From assembly GCF_001186125.1 (NCBI RefSeq), contig NW_014040189.1, positions 49,627-81,763 on the forward strand: a stretch of 32,137 bases of DNA, read 5' to 3'. The notes under the pieces are model-generated. The model had not been told where the DNA came from and did not search any database. It worked only from the letters and a program-made list of their open reading frames with translations. This document shows positions 23,669 to 32,137 of the stretch, one piece after another. Positions within the stretch are counted from its first letter, which is position 1. Every line of letters starts with the position of its first letter. Source of the stretch: Sphaeroforma arctica JP610. Taxonomy: Eukaryota. Made by a program: the position numbers and the translations under genes.

Positions 23669-24285
23669 GTGTGTACGTATCAAAATATATTTCCATATAT
23701 TCATATCCATGCAAACTCAAAAATTGCAATGGTAAACTCAAAAAACAGATTAATATATGTTCACATCCACATCGACACAAAAATGAAGTTATGATATCAA
23801 CACATACATTGTATTCTCAAGGTTGTATAAATAAATACGTGATGTAAATATAACTCTCGGACAATTACTATAGACTTACCTACACCAAGGACATCACGTG
23901 CTGTGCTATTGGGTCTGCCCCACTGTGTATACATCCAGTCCTCTAAGGCTAGATTTGCATACGGGTCTATGCTGGTTGAGCGATACACTTTCATAGCCGG
24001 ACGTGCTGCAACCGAGTATGCACATCCAGAACACCGCTGTATATTCGACCACTGTGACTGTAAATATGTTTTACTGTCATAACTATGTGTTCGCATTGGT
24101 CTAGTAGTGATACAATTCCTGGACGTATATCTTTCAATTCTGGACATGCATACAGCAGTGCAAATACTTCTCATCGCGGTAGAGGCCTTTACTTTTAAGA
24201 CCACGTTTGTGGTTCTACATCCCACCCGTGACTGTGAGCGCAGTATCGGTAGCCCGGGCAAGACAACCTTTGACCCGCTCAACAT
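21322..24285 (-). CDS. LIPT1: Lipoate-protein ligase A / lipoyltransferase 1 family protein, probably mitochondrial
   Basis: Exon ~24285-23880 (start codon uncertain; R/S/T-rich leader, then STSIDPYANLALEDWM) splices in phase 1 to exon 22451-21322. The latter has PSVVIGRNQNPW, RRKSGGGTVYHDSGNLN, KKVSGSAY, HHCTLL, VSSVRSPV and WQYGQTPQF plus a C-terminal domain. The intron spans the assembly gap. Confidence 0.93.
22766..23630. other. Assembly gap (N run) flanked by (TA)n and (GT)n microsatellites
   Basis: 865 N characters. Confidence 1.
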
Positions 24286-25121
24286 GACGTTGTGATTGGA
24301 TCTGTGACTAAGTCTGTGGATTTGTGTATATATAGTATACAAATGTCTTTCTGCTGGTGTGCGCCTTCCCTTGCTTTGGCTTAGAAAGTCGAGTGATTCT
24401 GTGGGCGCCTCTAGCACATTAACGATAAAATCTGTCACTAAATTGAATATGTTGTCAAGGTCCGAGCTATGGCTAGAATCCAGAGTAGGTCTCAAATCCT
24501 TTAATGTGAACCCTGGACTCTGGATTTGGTATAGTGTATATACTACACTAATACAGAAGGCACATCAAAACTCAGTCGCACACGCTTGTTTATATTATTC
24601 ATAAACACACACGTCGTCGAGGGGAATCGATATTTTACAAATAAAAACATTTGTGGTCGTCTTTGCTTTCCCGGCAAGGTGAACCGAGAACAAAACATTT
24701 CATTGGTCGATTATCAAAACCCAAATCAGGAGCAGATCGGACCGATAACTCCTTTCCGACTTTCCGTCACTATTAAAAAAAAATCAATATGTACATTATT
24801 CAATTGAAGTCACCACATACTACATATGGTTCTGCTTGCATTCGGTATTGCTTATTCATATACTCTTCGATGTAGTGAACATTGGGTGTCTTTGAGAAGC
24901 AGGCGATATCCACCCTTTTCCGAAGCGCTTGCTCTTTCTTATCGGATTGGAATTCATTGTTGGTGTATGATAGGGCGAACGTTTAATACCACTATGCATC
25001 ATCCCTTTATACAATCTAACATACGTTTTATACTTTAACTCTCACTAAGTACATCGCGAATCAACAAGTACATCTAAAATATCTTTAAGTGCAGAGACAT
25101 ATCAATCATATACATGGCGGT
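24286..25121. promoter_or_regulatory. Probable shared divergent promoter region between the lipoate ligase and RhoGEF genes
   Basis: Inferred only from head-to-head orientation of the two start codons ~0.8 kb apart. No specific element identified. Confidence 0.4.
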
Positions 25122-25845
25122 ATGAGTTTTTCTCAAGCGTCTATCAAAAGCTCGAGGATTTCACCATCGACAATATCAAATAGCTCGGAAACTGCGCATA
25201 CTAGAAGGTCAAAGTCTGAGAACACCGAGGATATATCAGTATCAGATTGGGATAAGATTGAGTCCGACTTAAAGTGTTCGATTGAAGAGATGTCGTTCAA
25301 GCCGGTTGAGTCCACAGCAAGTGAGAGGTTTTGCGATGCGATAGGTGCAAGCCACGACATGGACAGTTTCTTCGAGGCGTTGGGTAGGGACTTCTCGTCA
25401 TCTACTTTCACGTGTTTTTTCACGTGTTTCCTGCATCTATTTTAGAAGAAATCGTAGGGCAGAGTTTGACTTGTATCGTGCATAACTTTTATTGTTTCTA
25501 CAGTGATAAATTGTCTCTGAGTGCTTGCTTGTATCAGTTAAAAATCTTGCCGCGTTGTCAGAATATTTAAAGAATATCTATTCACATAATTCACAATAAG
25601 TATCTACACTGGACAAAGCGAATAAGAACCCGTAACAATCATACAATCGCATATTATGTGTGCCCTATACACTTGCCTACAACAATTAATTTGTCACCCA
25701 AATTCAATCTCGTAAGAGATATATATGCTTGTTTCACGTATACGAGATTTCAAATACGACAAAATTCTATGTATAAATAAATATATATATATATTTATAT
25801 ACATGTATGTATATACATTATATATATATATATCTACCTATACAA

Positions 25846-25877
<32 letters not shown>

Positions 25878-25891
25878 TTGTTTATATATAT

Positions 25892-25944
<53 letters not shown>

Positions 25945-28900
25945 TATATGTAGACCGTGGAACATTGGCTTGTCATACGATTACAGGTGATTCGTCAATT
26001 GAATAGCCCTGGAATTTTCTTCCGCTTCAATTTAACATATCAAAGGATCACTTGATACACATCTGTCGGGAATCGTTTGGAATATCCTGTTATACCTTTC
26101 ACTTCTAACCTCATTGTGATACACCTTTGCTCATCGCAGATGACTTCATCACACCTTTACGGAGTGCCAACGTTGTTTCGTTGCAAACGCAAACAACTTC
26201 CTTGGCACATTTTCCTTCTCAACAGCCCATGCCAACGGTGGGGAAACATACCACAGGAAAAGATGGTCAGAAAGGATATGTTGAAAAGCCATCAAAGGTA
26301 AAGAAAGCGTACACTACAGAGGAAGGGGAGATCAGCATAGAGCCTTCTGAGGACACTCAGGACACAGACGTATCTGTAGCGACACCCAATGCAGTCGATG
26401 CAGACATGATGGCGATAGGTATTATAGCCTCTTCAGTATCAACACGTAGCACGGCGACGACGACATGTGTGGCGGCCGATGGGGAGCAGGCTGTCGTATC
26501 ACGTGCTGTCAGTGTCACGGCCACGCCAGAGGTCATCGCGCCGGTATGTGCGCACGAAAGTGTGAGTTTAAAGAGTGTGGTATTAGGGGAGCCGCTACAG
26601 GCTATGACACTCGACGCACCACATATCAATGCAAGCCCTGTGTCTATGACTGGTAGTGGGCGTACTGCGGCGGAGTACTCAGACACAGCCAGTGAGAAGT
26701 CTCGATGTTATGGGCGCGTGTCTATGGGGGGAGATAGCGTGGTAGGTATGGAGATAGAGATACCGACCACCCACACAAGGCCTGGGAAGGTGGGTGAAGA
26801 GATGTGTGCTGAAGAAGGTACGCAGAGTGCGGGCCCCGCTTTGAATTCGAGTGTATATATCGGGACGAGCGCGCCCGATTCATCTATGGACTGCGATGAA
26901 CCGGACACGCACATGGCGTGGGACAGTCGGGAGAGTCTGCGTAAACAATCAGATAGTGTGGCACACAACGTTGCGACAGAGGCGAAAGTGATTGGGGCAG
27001 AAGTCGATAGCACAGATGATATGTCGAAAGGCAAAGGAGAATGCGATGATTCACAAGTATTAAAGGCTGGTCGTGAGTGTGTACCTATTACGAGGACTGG
27101 TGTCGCCGAGCGTGTCAGTGCCGAAGGTGTCGGTGTGGAGGATCACCAGACGGGCAAGTCTAAGTATGCAGGGTATGACACAAGGGGTGTACATAACACA
27201 CAACACGCACTGTCAGAGAAAGGTAACAACACACAACACACACTGTCAGAGAAAGCTACCAGCGTACCACCGACCACAGCGCAAAGCACTGGGGATGCGG
27301 TGTCAAGCCAGGCTGACACCGTGTCATGTGTGGCAGGAAACGGCTCCGACACGGGGGAGGGCCGGGGGAACGACAGTGCGTGTGACAGTATGGGCGGCAG
27401 CAGTGGGGAGTTTAACTACGGGAAGTTGTTTGGCAAGACACAGACATTTGCGCTGGCCAAGGCAATGTCACGTAGGAAACAGAACGAGTCTAAGTACGCG
27501 ACAGTCAGTAGGTAAGTCATGGGGTGTAGTTGGGTTGTTTTGGTTTTTTCAAATGCGGTGTGTTCTATGTCGGTATGCACACGCGAATGTTTATAGTCGG
27601 TTGTTGTTGTGGAAAAGGAGCATATATATGTGAGAGACTCTTGTGTGCACACTTGCGCTCATTACATGAGTGCGGCTATGTTGTAGTTTAGAATAATATG
27701 TAAAGGCACATATGTGTATGTGTAGACTACCTTGTGTATGTATGGTACTTGCACTAAGATGCACGCGCAAAGGGATGAACTACACACCAGCCATAGTGTG
27801 TAGCAGCGTGCCTAGTACATACACAACACGGGTAAATCTCAACAGTACTAAGTAATGAACACAAGCACATTGAAACATGCATAGTGCTTACGCCATGACT
27901 TGGTAATCACAAGCACCCGGTAGATACAACACTACATAGTACATGCAACATTGTATATCTGTGCCTGCGTCCGTCTGTGTTGTAGGATATCCGGCTAACC
28001 CCTAACTCTCAACGTAATGGCCGGAGTCCAATATACATTGATCTACTCATTCAAACGCCGTTCTTTATATAGCGCAATAGGCGGTGTTGCAGTGAGCGTC
28101 TCCCAGTTGCATGTACCGTTGAATTCATTCAGTACCCTGTGTCTGATGTGGGAATGCGCTCGTGATATCTGCATTTGACTTCAGAGTGTATGTCCAGTCT
28201 TTGACTGGGCGCTGGTGTAAACCTGGCTTGTAACCTGGCCTATGCATGCACGTCGCTGTGTTGCATAACGGTGTCCTGTGTTTATTGCTGGCGACCGTTG
28301 GTCACCGATCGACATTCACGTTCCACGTGCGACTACCCTGTACTAGGTTGGTTGGTTCATTCATCCACCTTGTTTAGAACAACAAACTCTTGCACATCAA
28401 AACGTTCTATATCTAATATTGAACGTTATATTGCCAGCCCGATTGACTCGACCAATGCATGGTGCCTCCCAAATGGCCTACAATTCAATCCAATGCATGT
28501 TCAAAACGTTTGTAACGCCATCTCCCTTTATCCCCGCTCCCAATAACAACCGTCCCCCATCCCCCGTCCCACTCTACTAACTTGACCAATACATGGTACC
28601 TCCCAATTGGCAGCGGCAAAGACCCGTACGACAAACGGCAGACCCTGGCGCAAATGTTCTCGGCCACTCTAGAGCAGAAGGAGCGACAGCGCACACTGGC
28701 GCAACGCCGTAAGACCTGCGACCGGATACAGGCAAGTTTTGTTGTGTTGACGTACATAGTGTCAGCGTATTATCAGCGTAGGTAGGTAGGGGATACAGAT
28801 TCGGAAAGGGAAAGAAAGTACAGTTGGTCTTGAGGTGCAGTATGTATTGGTCGTTTGCAGGACCACCGAAACACCGACAATACAGTTGGTACAGGTTTGC

Positions 28901-31661
28901 TCAACAAGCCCTATAGCTTGCTCGCTGTAACTATTACCTGCTGCAATGCTGTGTACATCCAGGTGGATCTGGCTGAGCTCTTTGATAGCCCGTCTATCAA
29001 GAGACGAACAGTTCGGTCCAAGACAGACAACACAGCAGCAAAGAAGATCACGTCACACTACGCGAACACACACACCACCATGTCCAAGACACGGGTATGT
29101 TGTACAGTACTTGAGTGTATATGCTGATTCTAGGAGGTATGCGGTCAATCATTTGATTTATTATGAAAGAGAATGAGAGGGTTTGTTTATCTGATTCGAA
29201 TAACATAAACTCTCGAAGATGTATATGTCTCTTTGTAAGTCGAGGGTGTTTCGTGAATGAGATTAGGCATTTGCGCAACAAAAATATTAAAACCCAAAAA
29301 CTCTAAAATCCTAAAAAAAACCCGTATGTAGACGTGTAAACCCTAAGCATCCATGCACTGCATGACACTGACAACAAACTTGCTGAAGGGTACGCCTCAA
29401 TGCCGATATGTTTTTAGCTGTTGCACTCATCTGTACAGTTCACTGGTATGCATTACGTCCCCTCTCCACACACTCACAAATACACACACTCTCTCTTTCT
29501 CACAAACACACACACACACACCCACACGCTCACAAACACACACACAGGCTGCGACTGTTATGCAAGCGTGTTGGCGTGGACGGCAGACTCGGTTGATGTA
29601 TAAGAAAATAGGTATGTGGGTGGTTATATGAAATTAGTATGTGATTGGTTATGAGAAAATATATATGTGGGTGGTAATAAGAAAATAAATATGTAGGTGG
29701 TTATAAGGAAATTAGTATGTGATTGGTTGTGAGAGATTATGTATGTGGGTGGTAATAAGAAAATAAGTATGTGGGTGGTAATAAGAAAATAAGTCTGTGA
29801 GTGGTTATAAAAAATGGGTGTGTGGGTGGTTACAAAAAAATAAATACGTGATTGCTTATATGAAAATGGGTATCTGGAGGGTGAGTCAAGGCCTTGGCTC
29901 ATCCTGTGTTCTCAGAGTGAATGGAATGTATTTCGATGTTGTGACGGAAGTTGTGTGAAACTAACTGTGCGAAAACATTTCATTTTGAGTCTACTGTTCC
30001 ACTTTGCGTCGATATTGGAGTAACATTTTAGAGTATAAAACAACCGGTTTAGACAATGATACATCTGTGCAGCTGTACATACGGGACCCATACCAGCAGA
30101 AAAACTGTCTATTAAACGTTATCCACAGTCAGGCACGGGTATAAGGTACACTAATTGATGAACACGTACGTGTACCTTGTGGTACGGCAAATCATATACA
30201 AAACCTAGAAAAACATCATCCCTCCAATATATATGCCATCCGCAGTCAGACGCGGGTATAATGTACACGAACTGATGAACACGTACGTGTACCTTGTGGT
30301 ACGGCAAATCATATACAAAAGCTAGACTAACATCATCCCTCCAATACATATGCCATCCGCAGTCAGACGCGGGTACAATGTACACGAACTGATGAACACG
30401 TACGTGTACCTTGTGGTACGGCAAATCCTATACAAAACCTAGACTAACTTCATCCCTCCAATACATATGCCATCCGCAGTCAGACGCGGGTATGCTATGC
30501 ACGAGTTGTTGGATACGGAAGTGTCGTACGTGCGACTGTTGCGCATGTTGCAGCTGTGGTATATCAAACCCCTCACCTCGGCCGCCAATAAGAATCAAGA
30601 GTATTTAAATCAGGTGATTTCATTGGACGAGGTGAATCGGATATTCTCCAATGCACAGGACCTTTACTACTGTCACCGTGGTACGTGCCGTCGCATTTTA
30701 CGCGTGCACTATGTGAGAAGAGCTATTGCCTGTCTGCTCTTTTAATTTGCGACACGGCTTGTGATTTATAACATGCCTGCAGTGCATGGCGTGGGTCTTG
30801 CTAGTCCCGGGTGCAGGATCACTTTACTGCTGTTTATTTAGCAAATACGCCTGTAAGTCTGTCTACCGTTCTTCTCCACATATCTTTACTATTGTTTGTT
30901 TAGCAAATATGCCTGTAAGTCTGTATACCGTTCTTCTCCACATATGTATATGGCTAGTAGATATATACCTACACCTATCCGTCCAAGCACGCACACACGA
31001 AGCTCGACGGTGCGCACAATTGGCTGCTCGCATACATACCATATCCCAATGGATTGCACGTTGACAACTATCGGATTAAGTGAGCAGTGATCTGTTAAAT
31101 TATTATTTCTAACCCTATACCCTAAACTCTAACCCTGAACACACTCATCTGACTTCTAACCAACATATATCCAACATTCATGTATCATCATTTGCGGTAC
31201 AATCATCGACTATAGATCTGCTGTGTAGTATGCAAGAACGGTTCGACAAATGGCACCACGAGCAGCTCCTGGGGGATTTGTTCTTGCCTATGGTAAGACT
31301 GTTGGTGTTGTCCTTGTGAGTTGGGTTTGGGTTTGTGAGAGGGGGAGGGGATTAGTTGCTTACCCTTCCCAGCCGCTGATTTCGGATGTCAGATTTTGGA
31401 TTTTAGTTGGTCGTGATTTGGAAATTGGATTTTGGATTTGTAAATCGTTTTAGGGTGTGGCATGCTGGTAGCATCAACACACCATACACGCCACACTGAC
31501 CCCTGAATGTATGCACTGACACATGAAGCATATGAATGCATGAACACGTACAGGCGGACATCCACATGAGCGCGTACATACAGTACGTGAACGAGTACGA
31601 TCGGTCGGTGGAAACATACAACGTCGTGAAAATGCAGCCGGCCATGAAGGCTTTTCTGGAG
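25122..31661 (+). CDS. IQ-motif + DH (Dbl-homology/RhoGEF) domain protein with long disordered N-terminus; continues beyond the window
   Basis: Phase-consistent exons 25122-25383, 26140-27511, 28614-28731, 28963-29094, 29548-29611, 30480-30680, 31216-31292, 31554-31661. IQ motif [17 protein letters not shown] motifs [48 protein letters not shown]. Confidence 0.88.
25770..25950. repeat. (TA)n microsatellite in RhoGEF intron 1
   Basis: Directly visible. Confidence 0.95.
29613..29870. repeat. Degenerate intronic minisatellite (~24-bp unit atgtgggtggtWataagaaaata) derived from the exon/donor junction
   Basis: About ten imperfect copies following the IQ exon. The unit resembles the junction tataagaaaatag|gtatgtgggtgg. 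Confidence 0.8.
30121..30520. repeat. 117-bp tandem repeat (3 units plus the real exon start) spanning a 3' splice site
   Basis: Acceptor AGs end at 30128, 30245, 30362 and 30479, exactly 117 bp apart. Confidence 0.95.
30836..30945. repeat. Near-perfect ~62-bp-period intronic duplication
   Basis: tttagcaaataYgcctgtaagtctgtMtaccgttcttctccacatat occurs twice. Confidence 0.9.
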
Positions 31662-32137
31662 GTGAGTCAACGTATTTGCCAGGTGTACACAAGTCAACGC
31701 ATTCGTCAGGTGTACATAGAGCACTGCGAATAGACATGTGTACTGTACTATCTCTTATACACAACACTTGCAAGCGATGCAATGTCATAGCGCAAGCAGG
31801 TTTGAAAGAGCGTAAGTGAATTGTTTATGACGTGATTAGCTGTGGTCAGCCTGAACAGATTTTAACGTTAAATCGAAGGGCGAGTGTTTTTGCTCATACG
31901 TGTGTACGGTACTACGTTGTCTGAGCGTGGGAGAGCCCTTTATGTATTAGTTCGTTTGGACTCATTGTATTTGCGAAACACACGTGTTGCTAAGGAGCAG
32001 ATTTCCACATATGGCCTTGAACGCTGCAGGTATGTTTGTATAGAGTACAAGTGCAGTGAAAGTCGCTTATTCATTTTGTGAGGTATGCAAAATGACTTGA
32101 ACGGATGTATGCACACACAACCACACACATATATATA

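Noticed and set aside
22678..23847. Long ORFs in the ORF track
   Set aside because: Artefacts of translating the N gap and flanking microsatellites.
25133..27352. Minus-strand ORFs overlapping RhoGEF exons 1-2 (and plus-strand ORFs over TrpRS, LIPT1 and pol)
   Set aside because: Antisense shadows of real coding exons; splice phases and motifs support the opposite strand.
27986..28020. Extra RhoGEF exon after tgtag at 27985
   Set aside because: In the required phase it hits TAA after four codons. The acceptor at 28613, with branch ctaac, fits the phase and continues the frame.
30119..30424. Minus-strand ORF with a 39-aa repeat
   Set aside because: A by-product of the 117-bp (multiple of 3) tandem repeat, antisense to the RhoGEF intron, with no ATG start or other coding evidence.
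31108..31140. Telomere-like taaccc words
   Set aside because: Only a few degenerate units inside an intron; too short to call interstitial telomeric sequence.

Overview
Intron-rich eukaryotic genomic DNA with GT-AG introns, CTAAC-like branch points, (TA)n/(CA)n microsatellites and one 865-nt N gap. Protein sequences suggest an opisthokont, possibly a unicellular holozoan or fungus-like protist; this is inference only. The left ~13 kb is a decaying, AT-rich accessory block. It holds a multi-exon alpha/beta-hydrolase (GYSKG) pseudogene (+, 937-3842), truncated where TE-derived sequence begins. It also holds an internally deleted Ty3/gypsy-like retrotransposon (-, ~9904 to 5284) whose gag is interrupted by a solo LTR related to the upstream LTR (4-bp TSD TGTA), with fields of short nested palindromes and micro-duplications on both sides. 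The right ~19 kb is gene-dense: a small secreted four-cysteine protein (+), an 11-exon cytosolic tryptophanyl-tRNA synthetase with an N-terminal WHEP domain (-), a lipoate-protein ligase/lipoyltransferase (-), and, head-to-head with it, the 5' part of an IQ-motif + DH (RhoGEF) gene (+). The RhoGEF gene has a probable GC-AG intron and a 117-bp tandem amplification of one splice acceptor. All exon structures were assembled by hand from splice signals and reading phase.
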